Shown here: positions 15,068 through 24,155 of the stretch, piece after piece
Layout of the letters: each line of letters starts with the position of its first letter
Position numbering within the stretch: the stretch's first letter is position 1
Source: a virus
Lineage: Duplodnaviria; Heunggongvirae; Uroviricota; Caudoviricetes
IMG/VR virus record: IMGVR_UViG_3300037504_000227
Coordinates: 75,201 to 110,716 of that record
Length of the DNA: 35,516 bases
Reading direction: 5' to 3' (one strand)
Made by a program: the position numbers and the translations under genes
Notes under the pieces: generated by a model
What the model saw: the letters and a program-made list of their open reading frames with translations, nothing else
What the model was told of the DNA's origin: nothing
The model's database searches: none

Positions 15068-16729
15068 CTAATATGGACTCCATTTGTGCTTGCGTCCATC
15101 ACTTGTTGATCCACTTGCTCTAATCGCCTCTGGCGCACCGTGAATCCCTACAGGACCACCAACCATCCCGTACCGCCACGCATCTGCAAAGTCGTCATTC
15201 TCTTTCTCTGGCGTGTCACGGTCATACTCAAATGCACCATCAGCACTTTTCCTTCTCTTACAATGATACAGGTCAGACAAAGCTGTGATAAGGTTCTCAC
15301 AAGACGGATCGAAGTACACTGATACTGTCTCTGTCACATCCAATAAATAATCCCTGCAATACCCGATCCCATAAGCCACGTTGGAAACCTCAGTTGGGAT
15401 CGTTCGTCCATTCAACCCTTCGCGCTTCCAATCCCTTGCCTCATCCGATGCTGTGCGCTCCATCCAGAACACAGAGATGTACAGCCCGTACTTCTGCTGA
15501 ATATTCTCCCGCATCTCGCGTGCAGCCTTTCGAATTGTGGATGGAGTGGCACTGTCATCCTTCCACTCTGCAATGACGTGCCGCATCCTTTTGCCATTAG
15601 GCATAACGCCTGGGGCTTGAGCAATAACAACAATGCGCCCTCTACTTCTCAGGTCTACACCAGCGCAACAGTGCCACCTGGATATGTCGGCGTCTGGCAA
15701 TGGGAAATCCTTTACGTGCTCAACGCGGCTAAACTGAGAGTATACCATCCCCTGAGACGTTCCGCGCATCAACAAGTTCTGTAATGCGAACGTCTCTGCA
15801 TCTGTGGTCAGGAATTTAGAGACAACATCCCTGTATCTATAGTGCCCGTCTGCTCTAGCGCCTCGGCCTTGGCACAACTCCTCTCGAACATTAGTATAAG
15901 GATTGCGCCACATATACAACGGGCACTCTTTGCAATCAATCGGGTACTCTCGACCACAACTCTCCATCACGTCCAGGATGTCAAACTGATAAACTTCAAT
16001 CCTGCGCTTGCTTGCCTCAGAAACCAACGCCTGCATCGTGCCATAGCTGTGATACTGTGAAGAGGCGAGGAGCGTCATCGCGTTGTACTTACTGTCCGAC
16101 ATTGGCATCTGCAACGCTGTGTTGAGAATGTCCCACGGAATATGGTCAATCTCGTCTGCTGCCAGAATGTGAGGGTGAGGACCAGACACAGAGCGTTCAG
16201 ACCCGCCTGTTCTGATCTCTACCTTGCTCCCGCTCTTCAGGACCGTTTTCGTGACTCTTGGCTCAGAAGCCAAAGCCTTGTCAAACGGAGGTCTACGGAT
16301 CACCCCCCTTTTGCCGTCTTTCTCTGGATCGCCTGCATAGTAAGCGTACCCATCTCTGCTCTGCTCTTGTGTGCCGCCAATGTGAACGATCTCGATCCCA
16401 TCTTTGAATATGGTTTGTGCGACGTGGTGAATACCGCACAGAGTCAACGTCTTGCCGCCACCACGACAAGCCCTCATCAACATCGTCGGGTGTTTCTCGA
16501 AATAGGCGTCAGCCAAGAACTCGAATGGACTGCGATGTCCCTCCTTGGTCGTTGTTCTGGCAAGCTTGTAGCCCAAAACATCACGTGTCCACTCATACAG
16601 CTCTTTCCTGGTTCTAGGCTTCTTGAACGCCTTCTTGATACGACGGCGCTCTTTCTCTGCCTTTAGATCTTCAAGAGCTTGTAAGAGCAGGTGGGGCGGT
16701 ATCTGACTCTTCTTCAAATTCTCCGTCAA
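15068..16729 (-). CDS. terL: Terminase large subunit
   Basis: Walker A RACRGGGKT, Walker B LAADEID, RNase H-like GVD and DDFADAWRY; internal Cys-rich insert. Confidence 0.9.
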   Translation of the reverse strand: MTENLKKSQIPPHLLLQALEDLKAEKERRRIKKAFKKPRTRKELYEWTRDVLGYKLARTTTKEGHRSPFEFLADAYFEKHPTMLMRACRGGGKTLTLCGIHHVAQTIFKDGIEIVHIGGTQEQSRDGYAYYAGDPEKDGKRGVIRRPPFDKALASEPRVTKTVLKSGSKVEIRTGGSERSVSGPHPHILAADEIDHIPWDILNTALQMPMSDSKYNAMTLLASSQYHSYGTMQALVSEASKRRIEVYQFDILDVMESCGREYPIDCKECPLYMWRNPYTNVREELCQGRGARADGHYRYRDVVSKFLTTDAETFALQNLLMRGTSQGMVYSQFSRVEHVKDFPLPDADISRWHCCAGVDLRSRGRIVVIAQAPGVMPNGKRMRHVIAEWKDDSATPSTIRKAAREMRENIQQKYGLYISVFWMERTASDEARDWKREGLNGRTIPTEVSNVAYGIGYCRDYLLDVTETVSVYFDPSCENLITALSDLYHCKRRKSADGAFEYDRDTPEKENDDFADAWRYGMVGGPVGIHGAPEAIRASGSTSDGRKHKWSPY

Positions 16730-17228
16730 TTACGTCTCCAATTTTACCCGATTTCACAGCAGCCTCTATCGTCCTGATTGCATTGTTGATTTCGTCATCC
16801 GATAGTTCTGAAGTGTCATAAACCTTTGGCTCCGGCATCTTCTCAGCTTGCATCTCAAGAATCTTCAGGTAGCTCTCGCCGTGAGTAATACGACGTGCAA
16901 TGTCAATCAAGTCAGCCGGGTCCTTGTTGGTCATCGGCTTGCCAGCAGCCTCGCGCCTTCTCATCTGATCCCTAAGCATATTCTGCAATACAGCCAACTG
17001 CTTTCTCGGATCACCAAGCGGAATCGCCTCAAGCCGTTTCTCAATCTCGGCCTGGACACGCTGGCACCCTGGCTCGCCATCGCCGTTGATGATTCGACCA
17101 ACGTATGCCTTGGATGCACCAGTCTCTTCTGCGATAGCCGTAATGTCGCCGTGCTGGATAATCCCACCACGCGCAACCACAGCCTCCACTACCTTTTGCT
17201 GGATCTCTGTAAGCGGAACAATTCTCAT
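16671..17228 (-). CDS. Probable terminase small subunit
   Basis: Directly upstream of terL; N-terminal HTH (ITAIAEETGASKAYVGRII) and helical body. Confidence 0.6.
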   Translation of the reverse strand: MRIVPLTEIQQKVVEAVVARGGIIQHGDITAIAEETGASKAYVGRIINGDGEPGCQRVQAEIEKRLEAIPLGDPRKQLAVLQNMLRDQMRRREAAGKPMTNKDPADLIDIARRITHGESYLKILEMQAEKMPEPKVYDTSELSDDEINNAIRTIEAAVKSGKIGDVIDGEFEEESDTAPPALTSS

Positions 17229-17235
17229 ATCACTC

Positions 17236-17264
17236 ATTGTACCCAACCATTCAACCACTTTCAA
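17236..17264 (-). promoter_or_regulatory. Sigma70-type promoter for the packaging operon (leaderless)
   Basis: TTGAAA-N17-TACAAT, then 7 nt to ATG 17228. Confidence 0.75.
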
Positions 17265-17292
17265 GGTTTAAGCTAGATAGCCATATTCCTAT

Positions 17293-17321
17293 TTGACTTA
17301 TTTGGCTTTTTGTGATACAAT
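17293..17321 (+). promoter_or_regulatory. Sigma70-type promoter for the rightward operon (leaderless)
   Basis: TTGACT-N17-TACAAT with extended TG, then 7 nt to ATG 17329. Confidence 0.8.
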
Positions 17322-17328
17322 GCATCAT

Positions 17329-17727
17329 ATGGATAAGAAATATGAGCGGATTGTTTTGGAGAAGTTCAAGCTACGAGCACGACAGATTTCCACTTACGAG
17401 TTCATCAAGAGTGCAGGTGTAGAAGTCTGGGCTGACTTTGTAGCTTGCAGTTTGATTTCGCAGATGGACGCATTTGTGTCTGGTCAACAAGTCAAGTATA
17501 TCGAGATTGACTATCCGTTGACTTGGTGGCAGGCGCTCAAGAAAGAGTTGTACGAAAAGCGCTGGTTCCCTGAGCGGATCAAGAGGCGATGGCCCGTCAA
17601 GAGTAGGACACGCACGATTGACATCAAGCTGCTGTACCCAGACCTCGTAATTCCAGACCAGAGGATAATGTTTCCAGTGATTTTTCATCGCGGACCAGAA
17701 AAAGGATATAGAGAGCATGGGCCTTAG
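17329..17727 (+). CDS. Hypothetical protein
   Basis: Starts at the predicted transcription start; overlaps the next gene. Confidence 0.72.
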   Translation: MDKKYERIVLEKFKLRARQISTYEFIKSAGVEVWADFVACSLISQMDAFVSGQQVKYIEIDYPLTWWQALKKELYEKRWFPERIKRRWPVKSRTRTIDIKLLYPDLVIPDQRIMFPVIFHRGPEKGYREHGP

Positions 17728-18022
17728 ACAAGACGCAATAGAAGAACTAGATGAAGCCACACGCTACATTGTCATCGAACGCGATCAGGGAAAGTGTGTA
17801 GACTGCAGCAAGCCATACCACGACATTCACGAAATTGTCTCAAGGTCACACTTCGGCACCCGCCACCTAGACAAATGCTTCAAGGTCAAGAATCGGTGCT
17901 GTGTATGTCGCAGATGCCACGACTATTACCAGGGCGATCACATCAAGGAGTTGCTTGAGCTGATGCAAGAGAAGTATAGATACGATTACTCAGAGCGTCC
18001 CTGGAGTCTTCACCTTGGCTAA
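17717..18022 (+). CDS. Small HNH-type (NinG-like) endonuclease
   Basis: RDQGKCVDC...HEIVSRS...CVCRRCH. Confidence 0.7.
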   Translation: MGLRQDAIEELDEATRYIVIERDQGKCVDCSKPYHDIHEIVSRSHFGTRHLDKCFKVKNRCCVCRRCHDYYQGDHIKELLELMQEKYRYDYSERPWSLHLG

Positions 18023-18551
18023 AGAACGAGGCGAAGCCGGTCCTGAAGCTGGAATCTCTATGCGGTCGTGGGGATGGTTTGCCTACGCCGTCAGGGACGC
18101 CACGCGATGCCCATACTGCGGCAAGCTTATCTTCCCTGGGGCAACTGGCGGAACGTGGGATTACAAGAAGGTCGGTGTCCCTATTTGGCCCAGTAGAAAA
18201 GTCGCGTTTATAGATGTCGAGGTCAAGGCCGGGCACACAAGCATCCCATTCTCATCTATAGACGAGAGGAAGCGTGAGTGGGCAGAGCAAGAGAGAGATC
18301 GACAGAAGTGGCTTTGGTTCTGTATCGGGAAGAACGCTGTGAATGCGAGGGAACATCCCAGACGAACGTGGCTTTTCCCCTACAGGCTGTTCCTGAGACT
18401 AGAACAAAAGTTCGATAGAAAGTCTATTCCATATGATTGTGAGGAATTGAGGGAGTATGAACTTGAGTGGGACGGAGATAGAACGTGGGTGATTCCCAAT
18501 GGACACCCGCTTCAAAAATGGATTGGAGGCACTAATGGACAGCTCAATTAA
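18015..18551 (+). CDS. PD-(D/E)XK nuclease with a Zn knuckle (RecU-like)
   Basis: CPYC; WDY...IDVEVK..HTSIPFSSI pattern. Confidence 0.55.
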   Translation: MAKERGEAGPEAGISMRSWGWFAYAVRDATRCPYCGKLIFPGATGGTWDYKKVGVPIWPSRKVAFIDVEVKAGHTSIPFSSIDERKREWAEQERDRQKWLWFCIGKNAVNAREHPRRTWLFPYRLFLRLEQKFDRKSIPYDCEELREYELEWDGDRTWVIPNGHPLQKWIGGTNGQLN

Positions 18552-18723
18552 CTTTAAGATCGAGGCGCACAAGAAAGAGCAACTGGAAGAGCTTGCTGGT
18601 GGCGGACTCTCAAATCTGATGCGCAGAATCATTGATGAGTATCTGGCAGGCTTCGAGAATAAAGAAAACGTCGTTCTGACTAATTCTGGCAGGCGGGTTA
18701 AAGTTACAGTGGAGGAGATGTGA
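18535..18723 (+). CDS. Ribbon-helix-helix DNA-binding protein
   Basis: SD GGAGG; beta strand SINFKI, helix EAHKKEQLEELA, G turn, helix LSNLMRRIIDEYL. Confidence 0.65.
   Translation: MDSSINFKIEAHKKEQLEELAGGGLSNLMRRIIDEYLAGFENKENVVLTNSGRRVKVTVEEM
18548..18557. repeat. Dispersed motif TTAACTTTAA at the nuclease stop / RHH start
   Basis: Exact copy containing the TAA stop at 18549-18551. Confidence 0.8.
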
Positions 18724-19790
18724 AACGAAAAGACAGTTACCACGGCAGCCTGGATGATGCATTGGCATATATTGAGAAGATGTATGGTCAATATGCTGTG
18801 TCGAAGCCAGGCGAGGCACAGTTTCAGAAGGGGCAGGTTGTTTCAACAGGGTCTTTGGCGCTTGACATTGCGATTGGTGGTGGCAAGCGAGTTTCTGGGA
18901 TTGAGTTGGGCGCGATCACGATGTACTGGGGTCCGCCTGGGAGCGGGAAGTCAACTGCAATCCTACACGCTATTGCGACTGTTCAGGAGTTGGGGCGCAA
19001 GGCTGTTCTGTGCGAGACAGAACCGAAGTTGGACAGGGAATATGCAGAAGCTATTGGCGTGGATGTAGACGCCTTGTACATTATGAATATGGTGCCCAAC
19101 CCAGAGAAGTTACCCTTGGCTGCAGAGGACATTCTGACAGAGATTGAGATCCTTGCTTCTACAGGAGAGTTTGGGTTAATTGCACTGGACTCTGTAACAG
19201 GGCTTTCGCCGCGTAGAGAATTGGAGTCTGAACTAGAAGAGGAAAACCCTGGACTTCAGGCTCGCGTGGTGACGAAAGCTTGCCGAAGATTGGCTCCTAT
19301 CCTAAAATCAAATGAGTGCGGACTGTTGGTTGCAGACCAGCAACGCGCAAACTTCAAAGCCCGTGGATGGGGTGCATCTCCAACAAAGGCAGCGATGGCA
19401 AACGCCATCAAACACTATGCCAAGTTGATCGTTCGTATTAGCCGTGGCGGTGTCGAGAAAGATAGCGGAACGCCTATTGGAATCAAGTCTTATGGGTACT
19501 GCATGAAGAATCAGGGTGGCATCCCGTATCACACTGCAGAGTTTTACATTACACACGGGCTTGGGATTGATCTTGCACGGGAACTAATCGACTTCGGACA
19601 AGAGTGTGGCGCTGTCGAGAAGCGCGGGAGTTGGTACTATTTGATGAGTATTGACCCTGATACTGGTGAGGTGTCAGAAGAGCAAATAGCACAAGGACAA
19701 GAAAACTCTGCCAAGGTGCTAAGAGAAAACAGAGAAATGATGGACGATCTAAAACAGAAGGTTGTTGAAAGGATATTGGACAGTGATTGA
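18720..19790 (+). CDS. recA: RecA/UvsX-like recombinase
   Basis: STGSLALDIAIGGG, Walker A GPPGSGKS, ALDSV, GLQAR, KNQGG, GID...E, VEKRGSWY. Confidence 0.95.
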   Translation: MKRKDSYHGSLDDALAYIEKMYGQYAVSKPGEAQFQKGQVVSTGSLALDIAIGGGKRVSGIELGAITMYWGPPGSGKSTAILHAIATVQELGRKAVLCETEPKLDREYAEAIGVDVDALYIMNMVPNPEKLPLAAEDILTEIEILASTGEFGLIALDSVTGLSPRRELESELEEENPGLQARVVTKACRRLAPILKSNECGLLVADQQRANFKARGWGASPTKAAMANAIKHYAKLIVRISRGGVEKDSGTPIGIKSYGYCMKNQGGIPYHTAEFYITHGLGIDLARELIDFGQECGAVEKRGSWYYLMSIDPDTGEVSEEQIAQGQENSAKVLRENREMMDDLKQKVVERILDSD

Positions 19791-22700
19791 AAACGGAGGA
19801 TTTGAACAAGAGTGGGTAGATAATCACACAGTTACAATCTACCCTGTGGACGGTGCGCCATACGAGGCAGAGCGGGGGAACATCTTCGTGTTGCCCGGAT
19901 GGGAGGTATGGTTTAAGCATAAGGCAGGAACGTGGGACCAACCAGAGGTCACAGACATTTGGGCGTCTGCATACGATTATCGTGTAAGGTCTGGGCAAAA
20001 GGCGCAAAAGTTTTTCACCACTGGCAGGCGACACGACGGTGGATACAGACAGCAAATTAACGTTAATGCTGGGCAAAAGATTAGAGTGACAGCTTGGGGG
20101 CACGCCTGGAGTAACCACCACGACCCAGACTTATTCTATTGCTACGAGTGCTGGGAGCCAGTTCGCTTCAACCCAGACCAAGAGTTTACAGCTTGCCCCA
20201 ATTGCGACACGCCTCTGAGCAGGCAGGTTCTACACGACGCCAACCGATATGTCTTTCCACATCCCAACGACGGCAAGTGGAGCGAGGGGACAGGGATTGG
20301 GTATAACATCGTGGCCCTAAATCCAAGCGAGATTCCAGAAATGAGTGGCGATCCACAGAACGACGCCATTGGGAACATTATGCTTTCTGTTGGCATCGAC
20401 CCTACAGGCAACACAAATCCGTTTGCGTCAACAGTTGTCTGGAACTCCAAGGCTATCTACAATGGATACAAAGAGTCTATCACAGTTGAAGCTGTTGCAC
20501 AGAGCGAAACGATTACAATATTCCTGAGAAGCACAACGCTGTATGCGTTTAAGCACAATGATGTGTATTGGGACGATGTTAGCGCAGAGGTTGTGGATGA
20601 GTCTCCACTACCACCAACAGAATGGGATTATGACGTGGTAGAAACAGGGAGCAAACTGTCGGTGCACACCATCAATACAGATGGGGTTCCTGGATTTGCT
20701 CAGACCTTAAAGGACAATGGTATAGGGTTTGCCGTCATCAAGGGCGTGGACAATCTTGGGTGGCTAGTGGATGCAAAGCAAAACTATCCAGACTCAACCA
20801 TTGTCGCCAGACTGGTACACGACTACGAAAGGTGCCCAGACGTTCACTTCCCTGAGACTGACCTAGACAATCTGGCAGACAATATTTTCAGTGCGATCAC
20901 AGACGCATGCGACGCGACCAATGGACTAAAAGAGGCTGTGGATTACTGGGAGCCAATCAATGAGCCAGATCCACCTGGAACAGATGGCTATCGACGCCTG
21001 TCCGAACTGCAGTTCAAGCTTATGGATCGGGCAGAGGATTACGGTGTCAAGATTGCCATCTTCACCCTCAACGCAGGCACGCCAGAGTGGGATGAAGCAC
21101 AAGCTATGGTGGAAACAGGCGTGTTCGGCAGGGCAAAGCAGGGAGGACATATCCTAGCCCTTCACGAAGGCGTCTTTAGCCCATACGATCCTGTGGACAC
21201 GTGGTGGGGCGATGACATCCCTGGCGTGCCAGATGGGCTTGGCGAAGAGATCGGCGCGGGAGCACTGTGCTTCCGCTATCGGTATCTGTACCACCTGCTA
21301 CAAGAAAGAAACGAGGTCATTCCCCTTGTTGTCTCTGAGTGGTGCGGTTATGACCAAGGGCCACTGACGCCAGACGATGTTTTGCAACGGGTTGAGTGGT
21401 ACGATACGAAAATGCGAGAGGATTACTGGGCCTGGGGATTCTGCCCATTCACACTAGGACCAACGTCTGGATGGACAAGCCACGACTACGAGTTTGCCTA
21501 TCAGACCATCGTAGACTATATGATCTCCATTAAGGATGAACAAAATGGACTTCCAACAGAAGATCCAGCGCCGCCAGAGGAGTACTGGGGATTTCCAAGA
21601 GAGCAGTATTCACGAACATATGTTCTAATGCCACCTGGGCTTGGAGTTGACTGGTACATTCAAGCACAGATCGGAGGATTCGAGAAAAGGCTAACAGTTG
21701 GGTCCAGCGCCGACGATGCAGGCATTGGCTATCTAGATGACAAGACTGTTTTGGCAATCAACCCAGACCTATGGACAGATGACTTGCAGGCTTTCTTCAC
21801 GAAACACTACCCACACACGACGTATCGTGTTGTAAACGCTAGTACGCCAGAAGAGCTGGCATTAAAGTTAATGCCGTCTTCCGATGGCGACTTGACCGTT
21901 TCGCAAAACAACCCACTATGGGCAAACGACGATCTGGGCGAAGAGCCTGGAGGGGAAACCATTGGAGAGGCTGGGTGTTTGCTGTCGGTCGCGTGTATGA
22001 TTCTAAGAAAGGTGTACAATCGCAACATCATCCCGCCAATTCTGAACAAGTCACTTGAGCAAAGCGGGAATGCCTTCTTCGAGGACGACCTGCTTTCCTG
22101 GAACGACGCAATCAGCAAGTACCCCGCGTTTGATAATTCGGCCAAGATCAATAGCAGTTTCGCGATCTCTGATCTGGCTCAGATGCAGGACGATGGATGG
22201 GAGATCGGACTTAGAGTGAGTGGCGGATCTCACTTCGTCTACCTAGAATATGCAACAGATCAATTGCACGTCATCGACCCTTGGGATGGAGAACGCAAGA
22301 CCTGGGACATCAACGATGTGTCTGGAATCAGAGCAGCACACGTAGCAGGGGGAGAGCCAAAGCCACCAAGCGACTTAAATGTAATAGGCGTACATGGCTC
22401 GCCCATCTTGTCACCGCCTCCACGAGAAGATTGGGGTTTCTGGATCTCAGAGATGAAGGTCATGGGCGTCAAGCTCTACAAGGTGCTGGATAGCGGAGGT
22501 GCTGATAACATCGACTGGGTAAATAGACTAATGGAAAATGGGATCGAGCCAATCGTCAGAGTGTTCTGCGCACAACAATTCCCATCCAGGTTGCCACGCG
22601 GCCTGATGGACAGGGCAAAGCAACTAATTGATGCCGGCGTTAAGAAACTAGAGATCGGGAACGAACCAAACCTTCCTGGAGAATGGCAAAGCAAATTCCG

Positions 22701-23328
22701 AGATAGAGTAGATTGGCACAACTCAGATCTTGTTGCGTTGGTTGCTGAGAACTGGTGGATGGACGCCAAGGAAATAACAGACCACGGCGGGCAAATAGCA
22801 TTTATGGCTATGGCACCCACAGACCGAGGCGGAACAAACTCAAAATACTCAAGCGTGAAGTGGTACAAAGGCATTGCACAACACATAGCAAACAACCATC
22901 GCAACGAAGCACAAACACTTATCGGAAGTGGGAAGCTGTGGGTAGCGGTTCATATTTCCCCATTCAATAGAACACTGGACTTTAGCCCGTTCAGAGATGG
23001 ATACATTGACGATATGTGCCTCAGAGCATATGAAGCATACAACAAAATCTATCATGAAACGCTTGGAATCCAACCAATCGTTATTAGCACCGAAGGAGGG
23101 GCATACAGCCCCGAACACCTAGACGATCTTGGTTGGGATGCATATACAGAGGAGTATTGGGCGCAGCTGGCAGTCAGCATGTACCAATATCTAGCAGAAC
23201 ACAACGGGCCTCCTGTATGCTCTTGGGTTCTCACTGATCAGGGCGTCGATGATCCAAGGTGGAGAGATAATGGATGGTATCGTGGCAAAAGTCCGAGGCT
23301 GATTGTTCAAACGATGAAAGAGGCTTGA
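19783..23328 (+). CDS. Large multi-domain cell-envelope hydrolase: CBM-like + GH-like barrel + linker domain + C39-like peptidase + second GH-like barrel
   Basis: IENGGFE start; WEPINEPD and VVSEW; SQNNPLW...IGEAGCL...HFV...DPW; IGNEPN and ISTEGG. Start is GTG 19783 or TTG 19762. Confidence 0.75.
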   Translation: MIENGGFEQEWVDNHTVTIYPVDGAPYEAERGNIFVLPGWEVWFKHKAGTWDQPEVTDIWASAYDYRVRSGQKAQKFFTTGRRHDGGYRQQINVNAGQKIRVTAWGHAWSNHHDPDLFYCYECWEPVRFNPDQEFTACPNCDTPLSRQVLHDANRYVFPHPNDGKWSEGTGIGYNIVALNPSEIPEMSGDPQNDAIGNIMLSVGIDPTGNTNPFASTVVWNSKAIYNGYKESITVEAVAQSETITIFLRSTTLYAFKHNDVYWDDVSAEVVDESPLPPTEWDYDVVETGSKLSVHTINTDGVPGFAQTLKDNGIGFAVIKGVDNLGWLVDAKQNYPDSTIVARLVHDYERCPDVHFPETDLDNLADNIFSAITDACDATNGLKEAVDYWEPINEPDPPGTDGYRRLSELQFKLMDRAEDYGVKIAIFTLNAGTPEWDEAQAMVETGVFGRAKQGGHILALHEGVFSPYDPVDTWWGDDIPGVPDGLGEEIGAGALCFRYRYLYHLLQERNEVIPLVVSEWCGYDQGPLTPDDVLQRVEWYDTKMREDYWAWGFCPFTLGPTSGWTSHDYEFAYQTIVDYMISIKDEQNGLPTEDPAPPEEYWGFPREQYSRTYVLMPPGLGVDWYIQAQIGGFEKRLTVGSSADDAGIGYLDDKTVLAINPDLWTDDLQAFFTKHYPHTTYRVVNASTPEELALKLMPSSDGDLTVSQNNPLWANDDLGEEPGGETIGEAGCLLSVACMILRKVYNRNIIPPILNKSLEQSGNAFFEDDLLSWNDAISKYPAFDNSAKINSSFAISDLAQMQDDGWEIGLRVSGGSHFVYLEYATDQLHVIDPWDGERKTWDINDVSGIRAAHVAGGEPKPPSDLNVIGVHGSPILSPPPREDWGFWISEMKVMGVKLYKVLDSGGADNIDWVNRLMENGIEPIVRVFCAQQFPSRLPRGLMDRAKQLIDAGVKKLEIGNEPNLPGEWQSKFRDRVDWHNSDLVALVAENWWMDAKEITDHGGQIAFMAMAPTDRGGTNSKYSSVKWYKGIAQHIANNHRNEAQTLIGSGKLWVAVHISPFNRTLDFSPFRDGYIDDMCLRAYEAYNKIYHETLGIQPIVISTEGGAYSPEHLDDLGWDAYTEEYWAQLAVSMYQYLAEHNGPPVCSWVLTDQGVDDPRWRDNGWYRGKSPRLIVQTMKEA
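21862..21871. repeat. Dispersed motif (TTAAAGTTAA) within the 18-bp near-palindrome GGCATTAA-AG-TTAATGCC
   Basis: Exact copy with inverted flanks. Confidence 0.8.
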
Positions 23329-23513
23329 TGGAAGAATCAATTGAGCAACTGGTCAAGGCTGGCTATCTCAAGAAACAAGGATATAGATGCAGGCTGACCA
23401 ACAAAGGTTTGAAAGTGGCAATGGAGATCCTTGAGGAAGAGGGCGAAGAGATTCCTGAAGGCGAAGATATGTACGAGTATCTGATTGGAGTCATAATGGG
23501 AGACAAGACATGA
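23328..23513 (+). CDS. Small hypothetical protein (winged-helix-like)
   Basis: TGATG coupling; LVKAGYL...CRLTNKG pattern. Confidence 0.6.
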   Translation: MEESIEQLVKAGYLKKQGYRCRLTNKGLKVAMEILEEEGEEIPEGEDMYEYLIGVIMGDKT

Positions 23514-23692
23514 GACTAATTCTGAGAGATGTTGTGTGGACACTCGTGGCGCTTGGATTTTGGGGATTCACATTCCTCAGTATCTACAATGCACGAAGCA
23601 ATCCGTGGGAAGTTTTGATCGCAGTCGTGATGTTTGCGCTCGCGCTGTTTACAACCGTTCAAATTGGACAAGGAGGCAACGATGCTAACTGA
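23510..23692 (+). CDS. Small membrane protein (2 TM)
   Basis: ATGA coupling; two hydrophobic segments. Confidence 0.62.
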   Translation: MRLILRDVVWTLVALGFWGFTFLSIYNARSNPWEVLIAVVMFALALFTTVQIGQGGNDAN

Positions 23693-24155
23693 TCTATGGA
23701 AGGAACGGCTTGAGCTGTGCCGTCAAAGCAGCAAGGACAAGTTCTACTACGATGACTTGGCAGAGTTGTGGAATATGCCATACGAATCTGTCTCGCCATC
23801 CCTGAACACGCTAGACGCCAAGTGGTACGACAAGGACATGGACGGGCGCAAAGCTGTTGTGACGTTCTCTTACGAAGGGCTTGCCCCGGAGGACGAGTCT
23901 GTATACTCCCTGGTCACAAAGAAAACCTACAAGAATATCGTCAATAGAATGAAGAACACTGGCGCGATGCCAGAGGAGTTCCGCGTAGAGTTTGAGCCTC
24001 TGATTGAGGCGCAGCGCAGGGGATGGGATGAAGAGAAACAGCGTGGCGGGTTGATTGCTCACGTTTACGAGAAAGGTCAAAAATCCCCCTGCCTTAAGTT
24101 CACTATCCGCATTGATAACGAATACGTGGTAGGAGCACAAATCGAGGTGCTGTAG
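23682..24155 (+). CDS. Hypothetical protein
   Basis: SD GGAGG before ATG 23682. Confidence 0.65.
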   Translation: MLTDLWKERLELCRQSSKDKFYYDDLAELWNMPYESVSPSLNTLDAKWYDKDMDGRKAVVTFSYEGLAPEDESVYSLVTKKTYKNIVNRMKNTGAMPEEFRVEFEPLIEAQRRGWDEEKQRGGLIAHVYEKGQKSPCLKFTIRIDNEYVVGAQIEVL

